NCBI GenBank assembly: GCA_964016885.1
Contig: OZ024750.1
Span: 37,696,001-37,760,000 of the forward strand
DNA length: 64,000 nt
Source of the DNA: Eledone cirrhosa
Lineage: Eukaryota
Direction of reading: 5' to 3'
The notes beneath the pieces are model-generated. The model had not been told where the DNA came from and did no database searches. It worked only from the letters and a program-made list of their open reading frames with translations. A program made the position numbers and the translations under genes. Positions 30,801 through 46,500 of the stretch are shown piece after piece. Every line of letters begins with the position of its first letter. The first letter of the stretch is position 1.

Positions 30801-31439
30801 ATGAAGCTATGGCTAACCTGTACACTGTATGTGATGTACCATGAAGCTATGGCTAACCTGTACACTGTATGTGATGTACCATGAAGCTATGGCTAACCTG
30901 TACACTGTATGTGATGTACCATGAAGCTATGGCTAACCTGTACACTGTATGTGATGTACCATGAAGCTATGACTAACCTGTACACTGTATGTGATGTACC
31001 ATGAAGCTATAGCTAACCTGTACACTGTATGTGATGTACCATGAAGCTATGGCTAACCTGTACACTGTATGTGATGTACCATGAAGCCATGACTAACCTG
31101 TACACTGTATATGATGTACCATGAAGCTATGACTAACCTTTATACTGTATGTGATGTACCATGAAGCTATGGCTAACATGTACACTGTATGTGATGTACC
31201 ATGAAGCTATGACTAACCTGTACACTGTATGTGATGTACCATGAAGCTATGGCTAACCTGTACACTGTATGTGATGTACCATGAAGCTATGACTAACCTG
31301 TACACTGTATGTGATGTACCATGAAGTTATGACTAACATGTACACTGTATGTGATGTACCATGAAGCTATGGCTAACCTGTACACTGTATGTTATGTACC
31401 ATGAAGCTATGGCTAACCTGTACACTGTATGTGATGTAC

Positions 31440-32770
31440 CACGAAGCTATAGCTAACCTGTACACTGTATGTGATGTACCATGAAGCTATGACTAACCTA
31501 AAGACTGTATGTGATGTACCATGAAGCTATAGCTAACCTGTACACTGTATGTGATGTACCATGAAGCTATGACTAACCTGAAGACTGTATGTGATGTACC
31601 ACGAAGCTATAGCTAACCTGTACACTGTATGTGATGTACCATGAAGCTATGAATAACCTGTACGCTGTATGTGATGTACCATGAAGCTATGACTAACCTG
31701 TACACTGTATGTGATGTACCATGAAGCTATGGCTAACCTGTACACTGTATGTGATCTACCATGAAGCTATGGCTAACCTGTACACTGTATGTGATGTACC
31801 ATGAAGCTATGACTAACATGTACAATGTATGTGATGTACCATGAAGCTATGACTAACCTGTACACTGTATGTGATGTACCATGACTCTATGACTAACCTG
31901 TACACTGTATGTGATGTACCATAAAGCTATGGCTAACCTCTACACTGTATCTGATGTACCATGAAGCTACGACTAACCTGTACACTGTATGTGATGTACC
32001 ATGAAGCTATGGCTAACCTGTACACTGTATGTGATGTACCATGAAGCTATAGCTAACCTGTACACTGTATGTGATGTACCATGAAGCTATGGCTAACCTG
32101 TACACTGTATGTGATGTACCATGAAGCTATGACTAACCTGTACACTGTATGTGATGTACCATGAAGCTATGACTAACCTGTACACTGTATGTGATGTACC
32201 ATGAAGCTATGACTAACCTGTCCACTGTATGTGATGTACCATGAAGCTATGACTAACCTGTACACTGTATGTGATGTACCATGAAGCTACGACTAACCTG
32301 TACACTGTATGTGATGTACCATGAAGCTATGACTAACCTGTACAATGTATGTGATGTACCATGAAGCTATAGCTAACCTGTACACTGTATGTGATCTACC
32401 ATGAAGCTATGGCTAACCTGTACACTGTATGTGATGTAACATGAAGCTATGACTAACCTGTACACTGTATGTGATGTACCATGAAGCTACGACTAACCTG
32501 TACACTGTATGTGATGTACCATGAAGCTATGACTAACCTGTACACTGTATGTGATGTACCATGAAGCTATAGCTAACCTGTACACTGTATGTGATCTACC
32601 ATGAAGCTATGGCTAACCTGTACACTGTATGTGATGTACCATGAAGCTATGACTAACCTGTACACTGTATGTGATGTACCGTGAAGCTACGGCTAACCTG
32701 TACACTGTATGTGATGTACCATGAAGCTATGGCTAACCTGTACACTGTATGTGATGTACCATGAAGCTAT
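31440..32770. repeat. Domain-A-type segment embedded in domain B (copy of about 23.6-24.8 kb)
   Basis: Ordered A markers CCTAAAGACT (31497), CCTGAAGACT, TACGCT, CATGACTCT and CATAAAGCT..CCTCTACACTGTATCTG, plus the rare TGTCCACT shared with 24261. Ends at a 39-bp monomer (32771). Confidence 0.85.
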
Positions 32771-35700
32771 GCTAACCTGTACACTGTATGTGATGTACCA
32801 TGAAGCTATGGCTAACCTGTACACTGTATGTGATGTACCATGAAGCTATGGCTAACATGTACACTGTATGTGATGTACCATGAAGCTATGGCTAACCTGT
32901 ACATTGTATGTGATGTACCATGAAGCTATGGCTAACCTGTACACTGTATGTGATGTACCATGAAGCTATGACTAACCTGTACACTGTATGTGATGTACCA
33001 TGAAGCTATAGCTAACCTGTACACTGTATGTGATGTACCATGAAGCTATGGCTAACCTGTACACTGTATGTGATGTACCATGAAGCCATGACTAACCTGT
33101 ACACTGTATATCATGTACCATGAAGCTATGACTAACCTTTACACTGTATGTGATGTACCATGAAGCTATGGCTAACATGTACACTGTATGTGATGTACCA
33201 TGAAGCTATGACTAACCTGTACACTGTATGTGATGTACCATGAAGCTATGGCTAAATTGTACACTGTATGTGATGTACCATGAAGCTATGACTAACCTGT
33301 ACACTGTATGTGATGTTACATGAAGCTATGACTAACCTGTACACTGTATGTGATGTACCATGAAGCTATGGCTAACCTGTACACTGTATGTGATGTAGCA
33401 TGAAGCTATGACTAACCTGTACACTGTATATGATGTACCATGAAGCTATGACTAACATGTACACTGTATGCGAAGTACCATGAAGCTATGACTAACCTGT
33501 ACACTGTATGTGATGTACCATGAAGCTATGACTAATCTGTACACTGTATGTGATGTACCATGAAGCTATGACTAACCTGTACACTGTATGTGATGTACCA
33601 TGAAGCTATGACTAACCTATACACTGTATGTGTTGTACCATGTAGCTATGACTAATCTATACACTGTATGTGATGTACCATGAAGCTATGGCTAACCTGT
33701 ACACTGTATGTGATGTACCATGAAGCTATGGCTAACCTGTACACTGTATGTGATGTACCATGAAGTTATGACTAACATGTACACTGTATGTGATGTACCA
33801 TGAAGCTATGACTAACCTGTACACTGTATGTGATGTACCATGAATCTATGGCTAACCTGTACACTGTATGTGATGTACCGTGAAGCTATGACTAACCTAT
33901 ACACTCTATGTGATGTACCATGAAGCTATGTCTAACCTGTACACCGTATGTGATGTACCATGAAGCTATGACTAACCTATACACTGTATGTGATGTACCA
34001 TGAAGCTATGACTAACCTGTACACTGTATGTGATGTACCATGAAGCTATGACTAACCTATACACTGTATGTGATGTACCATGCAGCTATGACTAACCTGT
34101 ACACTGTATGTGATGTACCATGAAGCTATGGCTAACCTGTACACTGTATGTGATGTACCATGAAGTTATAGCTAGCCTGTACACTGTATGTGATGTACTA
34201 TGAAGCTATGACTAATCTGTACACTGTATGTGATGTACCATGAAGCTATGACTAATCTGTACACTGTATGTGATGTAACATTAAGCTATAGCTAACCTGT
34301 ACAATGTATGTGATGTACCCTGAAGCTATAGCTAACCTGTACACTGTATGTGATGTACCATGAAGTTATAGCTAACCTGTACACTGTATGTGATGTACCA
34401 TGAAGCTATGACTAATCTGTACACTGTATGTGATGTACCATGAAGCTATAGCTAACCCGTACACTGTATGTGATGTACCATGAAGCTATGACTAACCTGT
34501 ACACTGTATGTGATGTACCATGAAGCTATGACTAACCTGTACACTGTATGTGATGTACCATGAAGCTATGACTAAACTATACACTGTATGTGATGTACCA
34601 TGTAGCTATGACTAACCTTTACACTTTATGTGATGTACCATGAAGCTATGGCTAACCTGTACACTGTATGTGATGTATCATGAAACTATGGCTAACCTGT
34701 ACACTGTATGTGATGTACCATGAAGTTATGACTAACATGTACACTGTATGTGATGAACCATGAAGCTATGGCTAACCTGTACACTGTATGTGATGTACCA
34801 TGAAGCTATAGTTAACCTATACACTGTATGTGATGTACCATGAAGCTATGACTAACCTGTACACTGTATGTGATGTACCATGAAGCTATGACTAACCTGT
34901 ACACTGTATGTGATGTACCATGAAGCTATGACTAACCTGTACACTGTATGTGATGTACCATGAAGCTATGACTAACCTGTACACTGTATGTGATGTACCA
35001 TGAAGCTATGGCTAACCTGTACACTGTATGTGATGTAACATGAAGCTATAGCTAACCTGTACACTGTATGTGATGTACCATGAAACTATGACTAACCTGT
35101 ACACTGCAAGTGATGTACCATGAAGCTATGGCTAACCTGTACACTGTATGTGATGTACCATGAAGCTATGACTAACCTGTACACTGTATGTGATGTACCA
35201 TGAAGCTATGACTAACCTGTACACTGTATGTGATGTACCATGAAGCTATGGCTAACCTGTACACTGTATGTGATGTACCATGAAGCTATGGCTAACCTGT
35301 ACACTGTATGTGATGTACCATGAAGCTATGGCTAACCTGTACACTGTATATGATGTACCATGAAGCTATGACTAACCTTTACACTGTATGTGATGTACCA
35401 TGAAGCTATGGCTAACATGTACACTGTATGTGAAGTACCATGAAGCTATGACTAACCTGTACACTGTATGTGATGTACCATGAAGCTATGGCTAACCTGT
35501 ACACTGTATGTGATGTACCATGAAGCTATGGCTAACCTGTACACTGTATGTGATGTACCATGAAGCTATGACTAACCTGTACACTGTATGTGATGTACCA
35601 TGAAGCTATAGATAACCTGTACACTGTATCTGATGTACCATGAAGCTATGGCTAACCTGTACACTGTATGTGATGTACCATGAAGCTATGTCTAACCTGT

Positions 35701-38700
35701 ACACTGTATATGATGTACCATGAAGCTATGACTAACCTGTACACTGAATGTGATGTACCATGAAGCTATGACTAACATGTACACTGTATGTGATGTACCA
35801 TGAAGCTATGACTAACCTGTACACTGTATGTGATGTACCATGAAGCTATGGCTAAATTGTACACTGTATGTGATGTACCATGAAGCTATGACTAACCTGT
35901 ACACTGTATGTGATGTTCCATGAAGCTATGACTAACCTGTACACTGTATGTGATGTACCATGAAGCTATGGCTAACCTGTACACTGTATGTGATGTAGCA
36001 TGAAGCTATGACTAACCTGTACACTGTATATGATGTACCATGAAGCTATGACTAACATGTACACTGTATGCGAAGTACCATGAAGCTATGACTAACCTGT
36101 ACACTGTATGTGATGTACCATGAAGCTATGACTAATCTGTACACTGTATGTGATGTACCATGAAGCTATGACTAACCTGTACACTGTATGTGATGTACCA
36201 TGAAGCTATGACTAACCTATACACTGTATGTGTTGTACCATGTAGCTATGACTAATCTATACACTGTATGTGATGTACCATGAAGCTATGGCTAACCTGT
36301 ACACTGTATGTGATGTACCATGAAGCTATGGCTAACCTGTACACTGTATGTGATGTACCATGAAGTTATGACTAACATGTACACTGTATGTGATGTACCA
36401 TGAAGCTATGACTAACCTGTACACTGTATGTGATGTACCATGAATCTATGGCTAACCTGTACACTGTATGTGATGTACCGTGAAGCTATGACTAACCTAT
36501 ACACTCTATGTGATGTACCATGAAGCTATGTCTAACCTGTACACCGTATGTGATGTACCATGAAGCTATGACTAAACTATACACTGTATGTGATGTACCA
36601 TGAAGCTATGACTAACCTGTACACTGTATGTGATGTACCATGAAGCTATGACTAACCTATACACTGTATGTGATGTACCATGCAGCTATGACTAACCTGT
36701 ACACTGTATGTGATGTACCATGAAGCTATGGCTAACCTGTACACTGTATGTGATGTACCATGAAGCTATGGCTAACCTGTACACTGTATGTGATTTACCA
36801 TGAAGTTATAGCTAGCCTGTACACTGTATGTGATGTACTATGAAGCTATGACTAATCTGTACACTGTATGTGATGTACCATGAAGCTATGACTAATCTGT
36901 ACACTGTATGTGATGTAACATTAAGCTATAGCTAAACTGTACACTGTATGTGATGTACCCTGAAGCTATAGCTAACCTGTACACTGTATGTGATGTACCA
37001 TGAAGTTATAGCTAACCTGTACACTGTATGTGATGTACCATGAAGCTATGACTAATCTGTACACTGTATGTGATGTACCATGAAGCTATAGCTAACCCGT
37101 ACACTGTATGTGATGTACCATGAAGCTATGACTAACCTGTACACTGTATGTGATGTACCATGAAGCTATGACTAACCTGTACACTGTATGTGATGTACCA
37201 TGAAGCTATGACTAAACTATACACTGTATGTGATGTACCATGTAGCTATGACTAACCTTTACACTGTATGTGATGTACCATGAAGCTATGGCTAACCTGT
37301 ACACTGTATGTGATGTATCATGAACCTATGGCTAACCTGTACACTGTATGTGATGTACCATGAAGTTATGACTAACATGTACACTGTATGTGATGAACCA
37401 TGAAGCTATGGCTAACCTGTACACTGTATGTGATGTACCATGAAGCTATAGCTAACCTATACACTGTATGTGATGTACCATGAAGCTATGACTAACCTGT
37501 ACACTGTATGTGATGTACCATGAAGCTATGACTAACCTGTACACTGTATGTGATGTACCATGAAGCTATGGCTAACCTGTACACTGTATGTGATGTACCA
37601 TGAAGCTATGACTAACCTGTACACTGTATGTGATGTACCATGAAGCTATGGCTAACCTGTACACTGTATGTGATGTAACATGAAGCTATAGCTAACCTGT
37701 ACACTGTATGTGATGTACCATGAAACTATGACTAACCTGTACACTGCAAGTGATGTACCATGAAGCTATGGCTAACCTGTACACTGTATGACATGTACCA
37801 TGAAGCTATGACTAACCTGTACACTGTATGTGATGTACCATGAAGCTATGACTAACCTGTACACTGTATGTGATGTACCATGAAGCTATGGCTAACCTGT
37901 ACACTGTATATGATGTACCATGAAGCTATGGCTAACCTGTACACTGTATGTGATGTACCATGAAGCTATGGCTAACCTGTACACTGTATATGATGTACCA
38001 TGAAGCTATGACTAACCTTTACACTGTATGTGATGTACCATGAAGCTATGGCTAACATGTACACTGTATGTGAAGTACCATGAAGCTATGGCTAACCTGT
38101 ACACTGTATGTGATGTACCATGAAGCTATGACTAACCTGTACACTGTATGTGATGTACCATGAAGCTATGACTAACCTGTACACTGTGTATGATGTACCA
38201 TGAAGCTATGACTAACCTGTACACTGTATGTGATGTACCATGAAGCTATGGCTAACCTGTACACTGTATGTGATGTACCATGAAGCTATGGCTAACCTGT
38301 ACACTGTATGTGATGTACCATGAAGCTATGACTAACCTGTACACTGTATGTGATGTACCATGAAGCTATAGATAACCTGTACACTGTATCTGATGTACCA
38401 TGAAGCTATGGCTAACCTGTACACTGTATGTGATGTACCATGAAGCTATGTCTAACCTGTACACTGTATATGATGTACCATGAAGCTATGACTAACCTGT
38501 ACACTGAATGTGATGTACCATGAAGCTATGACTAACATGTACACTGTATGTGATGTACCATGAAGCTATGACTAACCTGTACACTGTATGTGATGTACCA
38601 TGAAGCTATGCTAACCTGTACACTGTATGTGATGTACCATGAAGCTATGGCTAACCTGTACAATGTATGTGATGTACCATGAAGCTATGACTAACCTATA

Positions 38701-39479
38701 CACTGTATGTGATGTACCATGAAGCTATGACTAACCTGTACACTGTATGTGATGTACCATGAAGCTATGGCTAACCTGTACACTGTATGTGATGTACCAA
38801 GAAGCTATGACTAACCTGTACACTGTATGTGATGTACCATGAAGCTATGGCTAACCTGTACACTGTATGTGATGTACCATGAAGCTATGGCTAACCTGTA
38901 CACTGTATGTGATGTACCATGAAGCTATGGCTAACCTGTACACTGTATGTGATGTACCATGAAGCTATGGCTAACCTGTACACTGTATGTGATGTACCAT
39001 GAAGCTATGACTAACCTGTACACTGTATGTGATGTACCATGAAGCTATAGCTAACCTGTACACTGTATGTGATGTACCATGAAGCTATGGCTAACCTGTA
39101 CACTGTATGTGATGTACCATGAAGCCATGACTAACCTGTACACTGTATATGATGTACCATGAAGCTATGACTAACCTTTACACTGTATGTGATGTACCAT
39201 GAAGCTATGGCTAACATGTACACTGTATGTGATGTACCATGAAGCTATGACTAACCTGTACACTGTATGTGATGTACCATGAAGCTATGGCTAACCTGTA
39301 CACTGTATGTGATGTACCATGAAGCTATGACTAACCTGTACACTGTATGTGATGTACCATGAAGTTATGACTAACATGTACACTGTATGTGATGTACCAT
39401 GAAGCTATGGCTAACCTGTACACTGTATGTTATGTACCATGAAGCTATGGCTAACCTGTACACTGTATGTGATGTACCA

Positions 39480-40530
39480 CGAAGCTATAGCTAACCTGTA
39501 CACTGTATGTGATGTACCATGAAGCTATGACTAACCTAAAGACTGTATGTGATGTACCATGAAGCTATAGCTAACCTGTACACTGTATGTGATGTACCAT
39601 GAAGCTATGACTAACCTGAAGACTGTATGTGATGTACCACGAAGCTATAGCTAACCTGTACACTGTATGTGATGTACCATGAAGCTATGAATAACCTGTA
39701 CGCTGTATGTGATGTACCATGAAGCTATGACTAACCTGTACACTGTATGTGATGTACCATGAAGCTATGGCTAACCTGTACACTGTATGTGATCTACCAT
39801 GAAGCTATGGCTAACCTGTACACTGTATGTGATGTACCATGAAGCTATGACTAACATGTACAATGTATGTGATGTACCATGAAGCTATGACTAACCTGTA
39901 CACTGTATGTGATGTACCATGACTCTATGACTAACCTGTACACTGTATGTGATGTACCATAAAGCTATGGCTAACCTCTACACTGTATCTGATGTACCAT
40001 GAAGCTACGACTAACCTGTACACTGTATGTGATGTACCATGAAGCTATGGCTAACCTGTACACTGTATGTGATGTACCATGAAGCTATAGCTAACCTGTA
40101 CACTGTATGTGATGTACCATGAAGCTATGGCTAACCTGTACACTGTATGTGATGTACCATGAAGCTATGACTAACCTGTACACTGTATGTGATGTACCAT
40201 GAAGCTATGACTAACCTGTACACTGTATGTGATGTACCATGAAGCTACGACTAACCTGTACACTGTATGTGATGTACCATGAAGCTATGACTAACCTGTA
40301 CACTGTATGTGATGTACCATGAAGCTATAGCTAACCTGTACACTGTATGTGATCTACCATGAAGCTATGGCTAACCTGTACACTGTATGTGATGTACCAT
40401 GAAGCTATGACTAACCTGTACACTGTATGTGATGTACCGTGAAGCTACGGCTAACCTGTACACTGTATGTGATGTACCATGAAGCTATGGCTAACCTGTA
40501 CACTGTATGTGATGTACCATGAAGCTATGC
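39480..40530. repeat. Second domain-A-type segment embedded in domain B (internally shortened)
   Basis: Same ordered A markers (CCTAAAGACT at 39535 and onward), ending at a 39-bp monomer (40529). It lacks several monomers present in the 31.4-32.8 kb copy. Confidence 0.85.
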
Positions 40531-43500
40531 TAACCTGTACACTGTATGTGATGTACCATGAAGCTATGGCTAACCTGTACACTGTATGTGATGTACCATG
40601 AAGCTATGGCTAACCTGTACACTGTATGTGATGTACCATGAAGCTATGGCTAACCTGTACATTGTATGTGATGTACCATGAAGCTATGGCTAACCTGTAC
40701 ACTGTATGTGATGTACCATGAAGCTATGACTAACCTGTACACTGTATGTGATGTACCATGAAGCTATAGCTAACCTGTACACTGTATGTGATGTACCATG
40801 AAGCTATGGCTAACCTGTACACTGTATGTGATGTACCATGAAGCCATGACTAACCTGTACACTGTATATCATGTACCATGAAGCTATGACTAACCTTTAC
40901 ACTGTATGTGATGTACCATGAAGCTATGGCTAACATGTACACTGTATGTGATGTACCATGAAGCTATGACTAACCTGTACACTGTATGTGATGTACCATG
41001 AAGCTATGGCTAAATTGTACACTGTATGTGATGTACCATGAAGCTATGACTAACCTGTACACTGTATGTGATGTTACATGAAGCTATGACTAACCTGTAC
41101 ACTGTATGTGATGTACCATGAAGCTATGGCTAACCTGTACACTGTATGTGATGTAGCATGAAGCTATGACTAACCTGTACACTGTATATGATGTACCATG
41201 AAGCTATGACTAACATGTACACTGTATGCGAAGTACCATGAAGCTATGACTAACCTGTACACTGTATGTGATGTACCATGAAGCTATGACTAATCTATAC
41301 ACTGTATGTGATGTACCATGAAGCTATGACTAACCTGTACACTGTATGTGATGTACCATGAAGCTATGACTAACCTATACACTGTATGTGTTGTACCATG
41401 TAGCTATGACTAATCTATACACTGTATGTGATGTACCATGAAGCTATGGCTAACCTGTACACTGTATGTGATGTACCATGAAGCTATGGCTAACCTGTAC
41501 ACTGTATGTGATGTACCATGAAGTTATGACTAACATGTACACTGTATGTGATGTACCATGAAGCTATGACTAACCTGTACACTGTATGTGATGTACCATG
41601 AATCTATGGCTAACCTGTACACTGTATGTGATGTACCGTGAAGCTATGACTAACCTATACACTCTATGTGATGTACCATGAAGCTATGTCTAACCTGTAC
41701 ACCGTATGTGATGTACCATGAAGCTATGACTAACCTATACACTGTATGTGATGTACCATGAAGCTATGACTAACCTGTACACTGTATGTGATGTACCATG
41801 AAGCTATGACTAACCTATACACTGTATGTGATGTACCATGCAGCTATGACTAACCTGTACACTGTATGTGATGTACCATGAAGCTATGGCTAACCTGTAC
41901 ACTGTATGTGATGTACCATGAAGTTATAGCTAGCCTGTACACTGTATGTGATGTACTATGAAGCTATGACTAATCTGTACACTGTATGTGATGTACCATG
42001 AAGCTATGACTAATCTGTACACTGTATGTGATGTAACATTAAGCTATAGCTAACCTGTACAATGTATGTGATGTACCCTGAAGCTATAGCTAACCTGTAC
42101 ACTGTATGTGATGTACCATGAAGTTATAGCTAACCTGTACACTGTATGTGATGTACCATGAAGCTATGACTAATCTGTACACTGTATGTGATGTACCATG
42201 AAGCTATAGCTAACCCGTACACTGTATGTGATGTACCATGAAGCTATGACTAACCTGTACACTGTATGTGATGTACCATGAAGCTATGACTAACCTGTAC
42301 ACTGTATGTGATGTACCATGAAGCTATGACTAAACTATACACTGTATGTGATGTACCATGTAGCTATGACTAACCTTTACACTTTATGTGATGTACCATG
42401 AAGCTATGGCTAACCTGTACACTGTATGTGATGTATCATGAAACTATGGCTAACCTGTACACTGTATGTGATGTACCATGAAGTTATGACTAACATGTAC
42501 ACTGTATGTGATGAACCATGAAGCTATGGCTAACCTGTACACTGTATGTGATGTACCATGAAGCTATAGTTAACCTATACACTGTATGTGATGTACCATG
42601 AAGCTATGACTAACCTGTACACTGTATGTGATGTACCATGAAGCTATGACTAACCTGTACACTGTATGTGATGTACCATGAAGCTATGGCTAACCTGTAC
42701 ACTGTATGTGATGTACCATGAAGCTATGGCTAACCTGTACATTGTATGTGATGTACCATGAAGCTATGGCTAACCTGTACACTGTATGTGATGTACCATG
42801 AAGCTATGACTAACCTGTACACTGTATGTGATGTACCATGAAGCTATAGCTAACCTGTACACTGTATGTGATGTACCATGAAGCTATGGCTAACCTGTAC
42901 ACTGTATGTGATGTACCATGAAGCCATGACTAACCTGTACACTGTATATCATGTACCATGAAGCTATGACTAACCTTTACACTGTATGTGATGTACCATG
43001 AAGCTATGGCTAACATGTACACTGTATGTGATGTACCATGAAGCTATGACTAACCTGTACACTGTATGTGATGTACCATGAAGCTATGGCTAAATTGTAC
43101 ACTGTATGTGATGTACCATGAAGCTATGACTAACCTGTACACTGTATGTGATGTTACATGAAGCTATGACTAACCTGTACACTGTATGTGATGTACCATG
43201 AAGCTATGGCTAACCTGTACACTGTATGTGATGTAGCATGAAGCTATGACTAACCTGTACACTGTATATGATGTACCATGAAGCTATGACTAACATGTAC
43301 ACTGTATGCGAAGTACCATGAAGCTATGACTAACCTGTACACTGTATGTGATGTACCATGAAGCTATGACTAATCTGTACACTGTATGTGATGTACCATG
43401 AAGCTATGACTAACCTGTACACTGTATGTGATGTACCATGAAGCTATGACTAACCTATACACTGTATGTGTTGTACCATGTAGCTATGACTAATCTATAC

Positions 43501-46500
43501 ACTGTATGTGATGTACCATGAAGCTATGGCTAACCTGTACACTGTATGTGATGTACCATGAAGCTATGGCTAACCTGTACACTGTATGTGATGTACCATG
43601 AAGTTATGACTAACATGTACACTGTATGTGATGTACCATGAAGCTATGACTAACCTGTACACTGTATGTGATGTACCATGAATCTATGGCTAACCTGTAC
43701 ACTGTATGTGATGTACCGTGAAGCTATGACTAACCTATACACTCTATGTGATGTACCATGAAGCTATGTCTAACCTGTACACCGTATGTGATGTACCATG
43801 AAGCTATGACTAACCTATACACTGTATGTGATGTACCATGAAGCTATGACTAACCTGTACACTGTATGTGATGTACCATGAAGCTATGACTAACCTATAC
43901 ACTGTATGTGATGTACCATGCAGCTATGACTAACCTGTACACTGTATGTGATGTACCATGAAGCTATGGCTAACCTGTACACTGTATGTGATGTACCATG
44001 AAGTTATAGCTAGCCTGTACACTGTATGTGATGTACTATGAAGCTATGACTAATCTGTACACTGTATGTGATGTACCATGAAGCTATGACTAATCTGTAC
44101 ACTGTATGTGATGTAACATTAAGCTATAGCTAACCTGTACAATGTATGTGATGTACCCTGAAGCTATAGCTAACCTGTACACTGTATGTGATGTACCATG
44201 AAGTTATAGCTAACCTGTACACTGTATGTGATGTACCATGAAGCTATGACTAATCTGTACACTGTATGTGATGTACCATGAAGCTATAGCTAACCCGTAC
44301 ACTGTATGTGATGTACCATGAAGCTATGACTAACCTGTACACTGTATGTGATGTACCATGAAGCTATGACTAACCTGTACACTGTATGTGATGTACCATG
44401 AAGCTATGACTAAACTATACACTGTATGTGATGTACCATGTAGCTATGACTAACCTTTACACTTTATGTGATGTACCATGAAGCTATGGCTAACCTGTAC
44501 ACTGTATGTGATGTATCATGAAACTATGGCTAACCTGTACACTGTATGTGATGTACCATGAAGTTATGACTAACATGTACACTGTATGTGATGAACCATG
44601 AAGCTATGGCTAACCTGTACACTGTATGTGATGTACCATGAAGCTATAGTTAACCTATACACTGTATGTGATGTACCATGAAGCTATGACTAACCTGTAC
44701 ACTGTATGTGATGTACCATGAAGCTATGACTAACCTGTACACTGTATGTGATGTACCATGAAGCTATGACTAACCTGTACACTGTATGTGATGTACCATG
44801 AAGCTATGACTAACCTGTACACTGTATGTGATGTACCATGAAGCTATGGCTAACCTGTACACTGTATGTGATGTAACATGAAGCTATAGCTAACCTGTAC
44901 ACTGTATGTGATGTACCATGAAACTATGACTAACCTGTACACTGCAAGTGATGTACCATGAAGCTATGGCTAACCTGTACACTGTATGTGATGTACCATG
45001 AAGCTATGACTAACCTGTACACTGTATGTGATGTACCATGAAGCTATGACTAACCTGTACACTGTATGTGATGTACCATGAAGCTATGGCTAACCTGTAC
45101 ACTGTATGTGATGTACCATGAAGCTATGGCTAACCTGTACACTGTATGTGATGTACCATGAAGCTATGGCTAACCTGTACACTGTATATGATGTACCATG
45201 AAGCTATGACTAACCTTTACACTGTATGTGATGTACCATGAAGCTATGGCTAACATGTACACTGTATGTGAAGTACCATGAAGCTATGGCTAACCTGTAC
45301 ACTGTATGTGATGTACCATGAAGCTATGGCTAACCTGTACACTGTATGTGATGTACCATGAAGCTATGACTAACCTGTACACTGTATGTGATGTACCATG
45401 AAGCTATAGATAACCTGTACACTGTATCTGATGTACCATGAAGCTATGGCTAACCTGTACACTGTATGTGATGTACCATGAAGCTATGTCTAACCTGTAC
45501 ACTGTATATGATGTACCATGAAGCTATGACTAACCTGTACACTGAATGTGATGTACCATGAAGCTATGACTAACATGTACACTGTATGTGATGTACCATG
45601 AAGCTATGACTAACCTGTACACTGTATGTGATGTACCATGAAGCTATGGCTAAATTGTACACTGTATGTGATGTACCATGAAGCTATGACTAACCTGTAC
45701 ACTGTATGTGATGTTCCATGAAGCTATGACTAACCTGTACACTGTATGTGATGTACCATGAAGCTATGGCTAACCTGTACACTGTATGTGATGTAGCATG
45801 AAGCTATGACTAACCTGTACACTGTATATGATGTACCATGAAGCTATGACTAACATGTACACTGTATGCGAAGTACCATGAAGCTATGACTAACCTGTAC
45901 ACTGTATGTGATGTACCATGAAGCTATGACTAATCTGTACACTGTATGTGATGTACCATGAAGCTATGACTAACCTGTACACTGTATGTGATGTACCATG
46001 AAGCTATGACTAACCTATACACTGTATGTGTTGTACCATGTAGCTATGACTAATCTATACACTGTATGTGATGTACCATGAAGCTATGGCTAACCTGTAC
46101 ACTGTATGTGATGTACCATGAAGCTATGGCTAACCTGTACACTGTATGTGATGTACCATGAAGTTATGACTAACATGTACACTGTATGTGATGTACCATG
46201 AAGCTATGACTAACCTGTACACTGTATGTGATGTACCATGAATCTATGGCTAACCTGTACACTGTATGTGATGTACCGTGAAGCTATGACTAACCTATAC
46301 ACTCTATGTGATGTACCATGAAGCTATGTCTAACCTGTACACCGTATGTGATGTACCATGAAGCTATGACTAACCTATACACTGTATGTGATGTACCATG
46401 AAGCTATGACTAACCTGTACACTGTATGTGATGTACCATGAAGCTATGACTAACCTATACACTGTATGTGATGTACCATGCAGCTATGACTAACCTGTAC

